From the NCBI GenBank assembly GCA_945928315.1, contig CAMENN010000001.1:142-64141 (forward strand): 64,000 bases of DNA, read 5' to 3'. The stretch is from an uncultured Clostridia bacterium. GTDB lineage: Bacteria; Bacillota; Clostridia; Christensenellales; Aristaeellaceae. This document shows, in pieces, positions 16,253 to 25,576 of the stretch (its first letter is position 1; the number at the start of each line of letters is the position of its first letter). The notes under the pieces were generated by a model. That model was not told the origin of the DNA, searched no databases, and saw only the letters and a list, made by a program, of their open reading frames with translations. The translations under genes were made by a program, and so were the position numbers.

Positions 16253-16765
16253 ATGCACACCGCCCTCGACGTCTGCGCCCTGTCCTCGCGCTACGCCGTC
16301 CGCCCGCTTCTGCGCCCGGATGCGCCGGCCGTTCTCGCCCTGTGCGAGGGCAACCCACTCTTTTACCGCTATCATCCGCCGTTTGTGACGCTGCAAAGCA
16401 TCTACGACGACATGGACGCGCTGCCGCCGGGCCGGACGGTTGCGAACAAGCATTACGTCGGCTTCTGGTCGGGCGGGGAGCTCGTCGCCGTGCTGGATCT
16501 CGTGGAGGACTATCCGCGCGAGGACACCGCGATGCTGGGCTTTTTCATGATGGACGCCCGGCATCAGGGCAGGGGCGAGGGCTCGGCGATCATCGGTGGG
16601 TGCATGGCCTGCCTGCGGGATGCGGGGTTTGCCTGCGTCCGCCTGGGCATCGACCGGGACAACCCGCAGAGCCGCGCCTTCTGGACGAAAAACGGCTTTG
16701 TGCTGACCGGTGAGGAAGTGCCCAACGACTTCTCCTCCTATCTGATGATGGAACGGAATCTGTGA
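16253..16765 (+). CDS. GNAT-family N-acetyltransferase
   Basis: 170 aa with a QGRGEGSAII motif. Confidence 0.8.
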   Translation: MHTALDVCALSSRYAVRPLLRPDAPAVLALCEGNPLFYRYHPPFVTLQSIYDDMDALPPGRTVANKHYVGFWSGGELVAVLDLVEDYPREDTAMLGFFMMDARHQGRGEGSAIIGGCMACLRDAGFACVRLGIDRDNPQSRAFWTKNGFVLTGEEVPNDFSSYLMMERNL

Positions 16766-16775
16766 AGTAACATAC

Positions 16776-16811
16776 GCGGAGCGCGCAGCCATCGCTGCGC
16801 GCTCCGCTTTG
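16776..16811. terminator. Bidirectional terminator between convergent operons
   Basis: GCGGAGCGCGCAGC-CATC-GCTGCGCGCTCCGC plus TTTG. Confidence 0.75.
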
Positions 16812-16823
16812 ATCTTCCCCTTC

Positions 16824-18008
16824 TCAATCGTACAGGTGATACTTTGCCTTTTTCTTTTCATAGGCCGCGCGAGCGGGCGCGTACTTGTCCACGATCTGCT
16901 GCGCGGTGAGTCCGCCCGCCGTGAAGTCGTCCGTCGCCAGCAGCTTGTCGAGGTACCGCGTGAACACCGGCCCGGAGGGCAGCTGCGCAACCTCGTGGCC
17001 CGCCGAGCAGTCCGCATAGGCGATCTGCTCCGGATACATCTCCCGGATCGTCTCCAGCAGCGTCATCGCCGTCAGGAACGGGCGGAATTCCCGCCGGTCC
17101 GCGATCAGCGTCTGCACGCCGGAGCAGACTTGCCCCGCGTGCTTGGAGCTGACGGGCTTGAAGTACACGTCCGCAAAGCGCACGCCCGGCAGCCCCTTCG
17201 CGTCCATCTTTTCGCGCAGGGCCGCCCCGTCGATCCACGGCGCGCCGACCAGCTCGAACGGCTTGCTCGTGCCGCGCCCCTCGCTCACGGAGGAGACGCC
17301 CTCAAAGATGCAGTAGCCCGCGTAGAGCAGGTTCGCCGTCAGGCCGTTCAGGCTCGGGGAGGGCAGCAGCCACGGCACGTCCGTCTCGTCGTAGTAGAGA
17401 TTGCGCGACCAGCCCGCCACGGGGATCACCGTCAGCGCGCAGCCGACGCCGTACTCGCCGTTCACATAGCGCGCGAACTCGCCGATGGTCAGCGCCGTGC
17501 GCGAGGGCAGCTCAAAGTCGCCGACGATGGTGTGCATGTCCGGCGGGCAGACCGTGCCCTCGACAATCTCGCCGCCCAGCGGGGCGATGCGGTCGAGCAC
17601 GATGACCTCCCTGCCGCACGACGCGCAGGCGCGCATGATCGCCGCCAGGCAGTGCAGGTACTCGAAAAAGCGCGTGCCGGCCTCGCGGATGTCGAAGACC
17701 ACGGCGTCCACGTCCGAAAGCATCTCCGGCGACGGCGCGATGCGCTCGCGGCTAAAGATGCTCTCCACGGTCAGGCCCGTGCGCGCGTCCACATAGGACG
17801 GCACGCGCTCGCCGTACATGAACTCGCCGCGGATGCCGTAGATCGTGTTGAAGAGCCGGCGTACGTCGTAGCGGTCGCAGAGCACGTCGGCGACATGGCG
17901 CAGGTTCCGGTCAACCGCCGCGCCGCCGGTGACGACGGCCAGCCGCTTGCCCGAAAGGGCCTTGTCCATCAGATCGATGCGGTCGATGCCGCTCAGCACA
18001 GGTTTCAT
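16824..18008 (-). CDS. DUF1343 / NamZ-like exo-beta-N-acetylmuramidase family protein
   Basis: 394 aa. N-terminus ...LSGKRLAVVTGGAAVDRN... and overall similarity to 24238-25386. Matches the DUF1343 (B. subtilis NamZ/YbbC) architecture. Confidence 0.75.
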   Translation of the reverse strand: MKPVLSGIDRIDLMDKALSGKRLAVVTGGAAVDRNLRHVADVLCDRYDVRRLFNTIYGIRGEFMYGERVPSYVDARTGLTVESIFSRERIAPSPEMLSDVDAVVFDIREAGTRFFEYLHCLAAIMRACASCGREVIVLDRIAPLGGEIVEGTVCPPDMHTIVGDFELPSRTALTIGEFARYVNGEYGVGCALTVIPVAGWSRNLYYDETDVPWLLPSPSLNGLTANLLYAGYCIFEGVSSVSEGRGTSKPFELVGAPWIDGAALREKMDAKGLPGVRFADVYFKPVSSKHAGQVCSGVQTLIADRREFRPFLTAMTLLETIREMYPEQIAYADCSAGHEVAQLPSGPVFTRYLDKLLATDDFTAGGLTAQQIVDKYAPARAAYEKKKAKYHLYD

Positions 18009-18032
18009 GGCGTTCCCCTTTCAAATCAAATG

Positions 18033-18157
18033 AGCTTTCAGAAAATTCCCCGCCAGAGCTCGCTTCACGATAGGGGGGCGCTGGGCTGCCGCCCAGACCT
18101 GCCTGGGGACATTGTCCCCAGCCCCCTTCTTCGCTTCGCGCTGCGTAAAGCAATTAG
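18033..18157 (-). repeat. Delta-type repeat R6 (shortened)
   Basis: TGGGCTGCCGCCCA, CTGGGGACATTGTCCCCAG, CCCCCTTCTTCGCTTCGCGCTGCGTAAAGCA. Lies between the PMI-like stop and the NamZ-like start. Confidence 0.8.
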
Positions 18158-18169
18158 GCAGGAGTCCGG

Positions 18170-19972
18170 TTACCGCTTCAGCTGCGTCTTGTGCACCGTC
18201 ACGGAGCCGATGCCCAGGTTCTCGATGGTGTAGCGCCCCAGCGTCGCCGGGATGACCACGATGTCGAGGCTGTTCATCACGAACGACTTCTCCGGGTCCT
18301 CCACGGAGGAGACGCGCACGCGCTCGCCGTCCACCAGCGCGAGGACGTGGAACTGGCCGTCCGTGTCGTCCTCGATGCGGTCCCAGAAGCGGAGGTTGCG
18401 CAGCGAGAAGTAGAGCAGGTCGTGCTCGCCGACGATGCGCTCCTCCCAGGGGTTGCCCTGCGCGTCGGTGCCCGAGCGCACCACGCCGCCGTGGTTGACG
18501 AGGTTCTGCTCGACCCACTCGTGCGTGCGCTCACCGTGGATGACCTGGCTGCCCATCTTGAGGTGAATCGGGCGCGGCAGGCCGGTCTGCGGGTCGATGC
18601 GCTGATAGTCGTAGAGCTTGTAGGTGTAGGAGCCGACCGTCAGGCTGCCGATCTCCAGAATGACCTGATTGCGGCCGGAGGCGTGCACCGTTCCCGCCGG
18701 GATCATCACCTGCGTGCCCGGCACGGAGGGCACCGCGTTGATGTACTTCTCGTAGTCGATCTTCTCATGCGTCTTTTCGGCGCGGCGGGCCTCGTCGAAG
18801 AACGCCTCGCAGCTCGTCTCATCCCTGAAGCCCAGGTACGTTTTCGCGCCCTGCGCCGTCACGCAGACGTAGTAGCTCTCGTCCTGACGGCCCAGCTCGC
18901 CGTGATTGCCCACCACATAGTCCGCGTCCGGATGGCACTGCACGGACATGTTGCCGTTGGAATGATAGGTGTCGTCGTAGTTGAAGCGCACCGGGAAGTA
19001 GCCGCCGAACTGCTCATACGCCTGCTGGCCCAGCAGCGTCGGGCCCATCGCCTGCACGAACGTGAAGAACGGCGCCTCGAACTCGTTGCCGTCCATCTTC
19101 GCGACGATGGAAACCTCCATCGGGATCATGTCGAACACCCACGCGCAGTTGCGCATCTCCTTCGGCAGATGGCGCAGCTTGTGGACGTAGAAGCCGCCCC
19201 ACACGCCCTCCAGATACACCGGGCGACAGCGGAAGGGCCGCGCGCAGAGCGCGGAGAAGATCGCCGTGAGCTCCTCAAAGGTGACCATCTGCATGTCCTT
19301 CGGCTCGTCCGCGGTGATGTACAGGTCGAGCGCGCCGCTGCGGATGAGCTCCCAGCGCACGTCGATGGCGTTTTCAAAGTCCACATAGTAGTTGCGGCGC
19401 ATCATCAGGTTGTAGGGCAGGTCCTCGCCCGCGCCGAGGTTGCGCACGCGGCCGTACTTGAAGTTCAGCGCGGCCGTGCGCGGGGTGACGTCCATCCAGA
19501 CGCGCACGTCGACGCAGTCGCGCAGCTCCGGGCAGAGCGCGCCGCGGCCGATGACCAGCAGGCCGTGCTCCGCCGCCAGCCGCTCACGCAGCGCGGCAAC
19601 CTTCGCCGCGTCGTGCAATCCCGCATAGCCGTCCCGGTAGCGGCGGCCGTAGAGCAGCACCGGGTCGATGTCCCGGTCCTCGGGCAGGTAGGGGCGCAGC
19701 ATCTCGGTGAGCGTCTGCGGGGCCTTGGTCAGCGCCTCCGCGTCCACGACGTCATAGCGCACGCCCGCGCCCACCTGATGCAGCACATTGAGCAGCGCGG
19801 CGGTATCCGCGCCGGGGTACGCGTCGATGCCGACGTTTTTGCCCTCCGCGAGCAGCGCGGCGATGCGTTTGGCCACGGCGATGACGCCGCGCACCGGGGA
19901 AACGCCGGGAACGGAAACCTCGTTCACCGCGTCGTGATCGACGTACGGGTAGGGATGAAACATAAAGCTCAT
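18170..19972 (-). CDS. Class I mannose-6-phosphate-isomerase-like cupin protein with ~250-aa N-terminal extension
   Basis: 600 aa. Contains the SVQCHPD metal-binding motif and IPAGTVHASG in the C-terminal half. Confidence 0.65.
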   Translation of the reverse strand: MSFMFHPYPYVDHDAVNEVSVPGVSPVRGVIAVAKRIAALLAEGKNVGIDAYPGADTAALLNVLHQVGAGVRYDVVDAEALTKAPQTLTEMLRPYLPEDRDIDPVLLYGRRYRDGYAGLHDAAKVAALRERLAAEHGLLVIGRGALCPELRDCVDVRVWMDVTPRTAALNFKYGRVRNLGAGEDLPYNLMMRRNYYVDFENAIDVRWELIRSGALDLYITADEPKDMQMVTFEELTAIFSALCARPFRCRPVYLEGVWGGFYVHKLRHLPKEMRNCAWVFDMIPMEVSIVAKMDGNEFEAPFFTFVQAMGPTLLGQQAYEQFGGYFPVRFNYDDTYHSNGNMSVQCHPDADYVVGNHGELGRQDESYYVCVTAQGAKTYLGFRDETSCEAFFDEARRAEKTHEKIDYEKYINAVPSVPGTQVMIPAGTVHASGRNQVILEIGSLTVGSYTYKLYDYQRIDPQTGLPRPIHLKMGSQVIHGERTHEWVEQNLVNHGGVVRSGTDAQGNPWEERIVGEHDLLYFSLRNLRFWDRIEDDTDGQFHVLALVDGERVRVSSVEDPEKSFVMNSLDIVVIPATLGRYTIENLGIGSVTVHKTQLKR

Positions 19973-19978
19973 GGTGAA

Positions 19979-20506
19979 TTACTCCTCTGCAGTTTTGGTT
20001 TTATGTGTGATGTCGTGCCGGATGAACCCGACGACGGCGCTGGCCAGCAGGAAGGACTCGCACAGCATGCCCCAAAGCGAGCCGTTCAGCGTCACGTTCA
20101 CCAGGAACATGAGCGCCACGGGCATGGAGACGACGCGCGTGATCTTCGGCCTGCCGATCCAGTAGGCGACGATGCACGCCTGCGAGCCGAACATCGTCAG
20201 CAGGCTCGTCCAGTCCTTGTAGGCGAGGACGCTGAGCACGAAGCTGCTGATCATGAACACGGCCAGCCAGGCGCGGCTCTGCGCCCAGCGGTGGCGGCGG
20301 CACAGCAGCACGACGCTGCGCATGATCGCCACGATGGTGACGACGGCGACGGAGTTGGCCCCCAGCGCCAGATAGTGCAGCACCCAGCACAGGTCGCTGA
20401 TCAGCTTCCAGACCAGCATGCGCTGGTTGTCCTTCTGCTGATAGATGACCACCGTGGTCAGGATGCCGAGAATGCCGAAGAGATTGACAAGGAAGCGCAT
20501 ACGCAT
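19979..20506 (-). CDS. YgjV-family small inner-membrane protein
   Basis: 175 aa, about 5-6 TM segments. Resemblance to YgjV is by eye. Confidence 0.55.
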   Translation of the reverse strand: MRMRFLVNLFGILGILTTVVIYQQKDNQRMLVWKLISDLCWVLHYLALGANSVAVVTIVAIMRSVVLLCRRHRWAQSRAWLAVFMISSFVLSVLAYKDWTSLLTMFGSQACIVAYWIGRPKITRVVSMPVALMFLVNVTLNGSLWGMLCESFLLASAVVGFIRHDITHKTKTAEE

Positions 20507-21360
20507 TATCCTTTGCAGTCTGTCGGATCAAGCGTCAGCTCACAGGCGGCGCGCCCCTGCGCGGCATAGGCGCTGGCGCCGCGCAGCGCGGCGTCGTCAA
20601 GGTGCTGCGACACGCGCCAGGGCACGTCGAGCTGCAGGCCGAACAGGTCCGCCGACTTGGCGATCTGCCCGCCGAGCACGAAGCCGTCGCAGCCAAGCCG
20701 CGGGATGAGCGCGCCCAGCAGCGCGGAAAGGTGGAATCCCGCCCCGGCAAACGCCTGCGCGGCGCGCGCATCGCCCTGCCGGGCGCGGTCCGCAATGGTC
20801 TTCACGGGCAGCGCCTCGCCGTAAGCCCCCTGAATCGCGCGGGTGGAGACGTAGTCCTCCGCGATGCCGCCCTCATAGGGCATGTTCCACAGGGAGAACG
20901 CCGGACCGCGCTGCGCGTTCACGCAGACCCGGCCCCCGCGCATGAACGCGAAGCCCAGGCCCGTGCCCAGCATCACGCAGCAGGGCGAGGCCATGTCCTG
21001 CGCCACGCCGTCGCGCGCCTCGCCGAGCATGAACGCCGTGGAGTCGTGCAGGAACGACACGCCGATGCCCGCGCGCTCGAACGGCACGCGCAGCGATTGG
21101 CCGTAGAGCGCGGGGAACTTGTGGCGCATGCGGCTGACGCCGGCTTCGAAGTCGAACGGGCCGGGGATGGAGACGCAGGCGCATCCCACGTCCTGCCGTT
21201 CCTGCGCCGATGCGATGATGCGCGAGAGCACGGCGAGGAACGCCTCATAGCTGCCCTGCGCATCCGAGGGGGTCTGCCCCACGGTGTCCGGGAGCAGGCT
21301 CCCCGCCGCGTCCGTCAGCGCGTATTTGACATAGGTGCCTCCTACGTCCAGTACAAGCAT
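20506..21360 (-). CDS. ROK-family sugar kinase
   Basis: MLVLDVGGTYVKYAL is an ATP-binding DxGGT motif. 284 aa. Confidence 0.8.
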   Translation of the reverse strand: MLVLDVGGTYVKYALTDAAGSLLPDTVGQTPSDAQGSYEAFLAVLSRIIASAQERQDVGCACVSIPGPFDFEAGVSRMRHKFPALYGQSLRVPFERAGIGVSFLHDSTAFMLGEARDGVAQDMASPCCVMLGTGLGFAFMRGGRVCVNAQRGPAFSLWNMPYEGGIAEDYVSTRAIQGAYGEALPVKTIADRARQGDARAAQAFAGAGFHLSALLGALIPRLGCDGFVLGGQIAKSADLFGLQLDVPWRVSQHLDDAALRGASAYAAQGRAACELTLDPTDCKG

Positions 21361-21374
21361 GGTATCCTCCGTAT

Positions 21375-22784
21375 TCAGCGAATGAAGTCGCCAAAGGTCA
21401 GCAGCAGCGGGCTGTCGGTCAGCGGCAGGTTGAGAAGGCCGGTGACGCCGTCCTCCCGCCGCTCGACCATGTTCTCGGGCAATTCGTAGATGCCGCCGTG
21501 CATCAGATCGACCAGCTGGATGGCGCGGTCCTCGCCCGGCAGCTCGAAGCTCACCGTGCCCTCGAACGTCTCGGTCATCAGATCGACGGCCTTCCAGTAG
21601 GCCAGCGCCTGCGCGCCGTCGCCGTTTTCAAACCCCAGCGAGATGAAGCGCGGGGAGGCGTCATCCTTGCCGAACACCCGCGCGCTGTCGCGCACACGCC
21701 TAATGACGGGCAGGTCGGCGGGCCTGACGTCCCCGCGGAAGACCGCTGCCAGGTGCTGCATGGCGTAGTAGCCGGGCTTGGGGGAGTAGGTGCCGCTGGC
21801 CATGCCGTTTTCGTCAAAGTCCGCGTGCAGCAGGCCGAAGTAGCCGTAGTCGAGCCAGGACTTCTGGTCGCCGACGGTGCCGTTGAGCGCCTCGATCATG
21901 TCGAGCGCACTGAAGTGCGAGGTGAAGGCCACCTCCGAGGCCAGGTCAAGCAGTCGGTGGCGCAGCGTGTACTTCGCCTGCTTTTCCGGCGTCCATGCGC
22001 CGCCGCGCAGCGCGCCGCAGCCGCGGGAATCGGACTGTGTGCCCGACTCGCCCTGAATGATCTGCACGCGCGGGTTGTAGCGGTTGATGAGGGCGCGCAG
22101 CGCGCGGATCTCCGCAAGCGCGTTCATCTCGTCCGCGTTGTAGCGGTGGAAGGAGAGCGCGTCCACGGCGTCCGCGACGCCCCGGTCGAGCATCGCCTTG
22201 AAGAACGGCAGGTCGATGTGCGTGAGCACGCCACCGATCACCTTCGCCTGCGGGTTCGCGCGGTGGATGGCGTTGGCCGTGGCTACGGTGAAGTCCGCGA
22301 ACTCCGCGGCGTTGACCCCGTGCTTCCAGCACCACTGGCCGTCCGCCTCGTTCCAGATCTCAAACCACTGCACGCGGCCGCGATAGCGCGCCACCAGCGC
22401 GCACACATAGCTCTCCCAGGCGCGCTTTTCGCGCTCGCTGGAGACGGGCGCGCAGCCGACAGCGCCGTAATAACGGCGGGCCAGCTCGTTGTACAGGTCG
22501 TTGCCGTAGCACAGGTCGATCCACGGCTCCTGCCCGCGCGCGATGAGGTTGTCCACGATGTCGTCGAGCCACGCGAAGTCATACACGCCCTCCGCGCGCT
22601 CCGTGCGCTGCCAGCCGGACTGGATGCGCACATAGTGCACGCCCAGCTGCGCCACCTGATCGTAGGCGGCGGCCGGGTCAAACGCCTTGCGGTCGAGCTT
22701 TTCAAAGCCGACGCCCAGCCGCGACCAGCCGATTTCCGCGGCGCTGGCGGGCTTTATGCTGCCGATCTGCCTGAGCCTTTCCAC
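21375..22784 (-). CDS. Clan GH-A (TIM-barrel) glycoside hydrolase, GH39/GH5-like
   Basis: FEIWNEADG is an acid/base NE motif and IIQGESGT is a candidate nucleophile. 469 aa. Confidence 0.65.
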   Translation of the reverse strand: MERLRQIGSIKPASAAEIGWSRLGVGFEKLDRKAFDPAAAYDQVAQLGVHYVRIQSGWQRTERAEGVYDFAWLDDIVDNLIARGQEPWIDLCYGNDLYNELARRYYGAVGCAPVSSEREKRAWESYVCALVARYRGRVQWFEIWNEADGQWCWKHGVNAAEFADFTVATANAIHRANPQAKVIGGVLTHIDLPFFKAMLDRGVADAVDALSFHRYNADEMNALAEIRALRALINRYNPRVQIIQGESGTQSDSRGCGALRGGAWTPEKQAKYTLRHRLLDLASEVAFTSHFSALDMIEALNGTVGDQKSWLDYGYFGLLHADFDENGMASGTYSPKPGYYAMQHLAAVFRGDVRPADLPVIRRVRDSARVFGKDDASPRFISLGFENGDGAQALAYWKAVDLMTETFEGTVSFELPGEDRAIQLVDLMHGGIYELPENMVERREDGVTGLLNLPLTDSPLLLTFGDFIR

Positions 22785-22788
22785 GCGC

Positions 22789-24225
22789 TCAAACCTCCTC
22801 GAATTCCACGCCCAGCATCATCGCCAGATCGCGTACCGCGCCGGTGAAGTTGCCGTCGGTGATGGCATAGTGCTGCGTCACGCCCTGCGCGAGCAGCTTG
22901 GAAAACAGCGCCGTGCAGTCCTCGCCCACGGGCCTGAAGTGGCTGTGGGAATACGTCGCCAGGAAGTGGTCGGTGTGCGTCGCCTCCACCTGCGTGGCCA
23001 CAAGCTGGAAGCTGCCCGTCTGCTGCGAGCAGTGCAGCATGGTCTTCCTCCCCTCCGGGAAGACATACCAGGCGAACGGCGCGCCGGCATACTTCCACTT
23101 CGTCTTGGCAAAGCGCACGTCCGAGGAGATCTTGCACTTGCCGCGCGGGTCGGTGTAGTCGTTCGGGCCGGCGTGACCCGCGTCGAACGTGCCACTGGGC
23201 AGGTCGACGTGGAACGGCTCGATGTAGTTGACATGCTGGCCGGAGAGCAGGCGCAGGATGGCGAACGCCACGCCGCTGCCGATGTCGCCCTCGGGCACAA
23301 CCATCGTCTTGACGTCCGGGGAGGTGGGCCAGAAGCCCGGACGCAGGCCGATGTGCTTGAAGAGCACGGTGTCGATGTCGTTGAGCACGAGCAGGTCGAG
23401 GTCATACTTCGCCGCGAGGCGCTCCATGCCCATGGAGGCGCGCACGGAGGCGAGGAACTTGTCCCTGTCCACGTTGGGCAGCACCTCATACTGCGAGGCG
23501 ATGCGCTCCATCGTGCGGCGCGCCTCCTCCTCGGTGACGGCGTTGGTGGTTTCCTCCAGCTCCGCGACGGAGAGGAAGCGCAGCTCCGGGCCGATCTGCG
23601 AGAAGAGCTTGTAGGTGTCCACATAGGTGCTCCACATGACCTCGTTCATGCAGGCGAGCAGGCCGAACGTGGACTGGCGCAGCAGCGCGCGGGCGCGCGC
23701 GGCATTGCCGAACTGCGCGGCGCGCTCCATGACCTGCGCCCAGGTGCCGGCGAACGTCGCCATCATCTTGCGGTCGAAGCGCTTGATGGAGCCGCTGGCC
23801 TCCAGCGAGCCGACCAGGCCGCCGCAGCAGAGGTACTCGGCGAACTCGTCGTCATCGTGCGTGTCCGACAGCTCGATTTTGTCGCGCATCCTGTGGCAGA
23901 AGAGCACCGGGCACTCCGGCATGTCGCGCAGGAAGCGGATCCAGGCAAAGTCCTCCGCCCAGGAGAGGAAGATGGCCAGCACGTAATCGACCTTGGCGGC
24001 CACGAACGCGTCGATGGCGCGCTGCACATCGGCGCGGGTCCAGACGATGCCGGTGAACGTCACGTCCGCGATGGTCGAGGTGTCACGGAGCATCCAGGCG
24101 GCCTCGGCCTCCTTGCGCTCCTTATAGGAGCCGCGGGCCGTGCCCTCGCCGATGTTGGCGAAGCGCTCCGGGGAAATCAGCAGCAGGCCCATACGCGGGC
24201 GGCGATTGAGATCCAGCATGTTCAT
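22789..24225 (-). CDS. L-fucose/L-arabinose-isomerase-family sugar isomerase
   Basis: 478 aa. Layout and size fit that family; the call is by eye only. Confidence 0.55.
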   Translation of the reverse strand: MNMLDLNRRPRMGLLLISPERFANIGEGTARGSYKERKEAEAAWMLRDTSTIADVTFTGIVWTRADVQRAIDAFVAAKVDYVLAIFLSWAEDFAWIRFLRDMPECPVLFCHRMRDKIELSDTHDDDEFAEYLCCGGLVGSLEASGSIKRFDRKMMATFAGTWAQVMERAAQFGNAARARALLRQSTFGLLACMNEVMWSTYVDTYKLFSQIGPELRFLSVAELEETTNAVTEEEARRTMERIASQYEVLPNVDRDKFLASVRASMGMERLAAKYDLDLLVLNDIDTVLFKHIGLRPGFWPTSPDVKTMVVPEGDIGSGVAFAILRLLSGQHVNYIEPFHVDLPSGTFDAGHAGPNDYTDPRGKCKISSDVRFAKTKWKYAGAPFAWYVFPEGRKTMLHCSQQTGSFQLVATQVEATHTDHFLATYSHSHFRPVGEDCTALFSKLLAQGVTQHYAITDGNFTGAVRDLAMMLGVEFEEV

Positions 24226-24237
24226 GCACTCCTTATC

Positions 24238-25386
24238 TTAATACAGCCTGTACTTCATCGTGTCGCGGACAAACGCCTCGACCGGCGCCTTCGACGCCTC
24301 GATCAGCTCCCGCGCGCTCATGCGGCCGGTGCGGTAGGCGTTCGTGCCCAGCAGCTTGTCGATCGAGTAGCGCTCGTCGCCCTCCCAGCGGATGAACTCA
24401 AACCTGTCGCCCGCCAGCTCGCGGATGGTGTCCAGCAGCAGCAGGCCCGCGGCGAACACGTCGGCCTTCTCCCTGTCCACGATGTGCATCTGCACGCCGT
24501 GGCACAGCTGCCCCTCGTGCTTGCTGAACGTCGGGCAGAAGCTCGTGCGCCGGAAGTGAATGCCCGGCGTCTCGATCTCCGCCATGCGCCGCTCCAGCTC
24601 GCCGTCGTCGAGGAACGGCGCGCCGATCACCTGGAAGGGCATCGTGGTGCCGCGGCCCTCGCTCACGTTCGTGCCCTCGAAGATGCAGGTGCCGATGTAG
24701 CACAGCGCCGCATCGAGGTTCTGGCAGTTCGGGCTGGGCGCGACCCACGGCAGGTCCGTATCATCGAGCAGCATCCAGCGCTCCCAGCCGGTCAGCGGCA
24801 CGACCGTCAGCTCCACGTCGAGCTTCAGGTAGTCCCTCACGTAGCGCGCGTACTCGCCGATGGTCAGCGCATACTGCGTGGGCAGCTCGTAGTCGCCCAC
24901 GAACGAGGACTGCGACAGCTCCAGAATCGTGCCGCCGTGCCGCAGGCCGCCCAGCGGATTGATGCGGTCGAGCACGACCATGGCCTTGCCGCCGCGCGCG
25001 CACGCCTCCATGGCGTAGGAGAGCGAGTAGAGATAGGTGTAAAACCGCGCGCCGACGTCCTGAATGTCGAAGACCAGCACGTCGAAGGTGTCCAGCATCT
25101 CCTGATTGAAGTGGCAGTTCGCGCCGAAGGCGCTGTATACGGTCACGCCGGTCTCGGGGTCCACGCAGGTATCGACCTTCGCGCCGGCCTGCGCGCTGCC
25201 GCGGATGCCGTGCTCCACGGCGAACAGCGCGGTCAGGTTGTAGCGCTCCCGGACGATGTCGATGGTGCTGCGCAGGTTATGGTCGATGCCCGTGGGGTTG
25301 GTCATCAGGCCCACGCGTCTGCCCGAAAGCCGGCTGTCCGCCGCCGCGATGTGGTCGACGCCGCTGAGTACATGATGTCGCTGCAT
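24238..25386 (-). CDS. DUF1343 / NamZ-like protein, second paralogue
   Basis: Start moved to ATG 25386 (RBS GGGAGGAAAAGG). MQRHHVLSGVDHIAAADSRLSGRRVGLMTNPTGID is colinear with 16824-18008. Confidence 0.75.
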   Translation of the reverse strand: MQRHHVLSGVDHIAAADSRLSGRRVGLMTNPTGIDHNLRSTIDIVRERYNLTALFAVEHGIRGSAQAGAKVDTCVDPETGVTVYSAFGANCHFNQEMLDTFDVLVFDIQDVGARFYTYLYSLSYAMEACARGGKAMVVLDRINPLGGLRHGGTILELSQSSFVGDYELPTQYALTIGEYARYVRDYLKLDVELTVVPLTGWERWMLLDDTDLPWVAPSPNCQNLDAALCYIGTCIFEGTNVSEGRGTTMPFQVIGAPFLDDGELERRMAEIETPGIHFRRTSFCPTFSKHEGQLCHGVQMHIVDREKADVFAAGLLLLDTIRELAGDRFEFIRWEGDERYSIDKLLGTNAYRTGRMSARELIEASKAPVEAFVRDTMKYRLY

Positions 25387-25510
25387 ACCTTTTCCTCCCA
25401 TGCAGGTTGATCGGGATTTTGCTGTCTCCATTATACCGGCTCCCGCACGCGCGGGCATATGAGATTTTACCGAAATTTTCGCAGAAAATAGAAGAAGGGA
25501 TTTTTCGCAC

Positions 25511-25543
25511 GGAAAAGGGGCCCCGCCCCAAAGGCGGGACCCC
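25511..25543 (-). terminator. Terminator after the LplA-like SBP gene
   Basis: The minus strand reads GGGGTCCCGCC-TTTG-GGCGGGGCCCC followed by TTTTCC. Confidence 0.75.
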
Positions 25544-25576
25544 TCAGGGGGATTCCGGAAGTGACACAGACCAACC

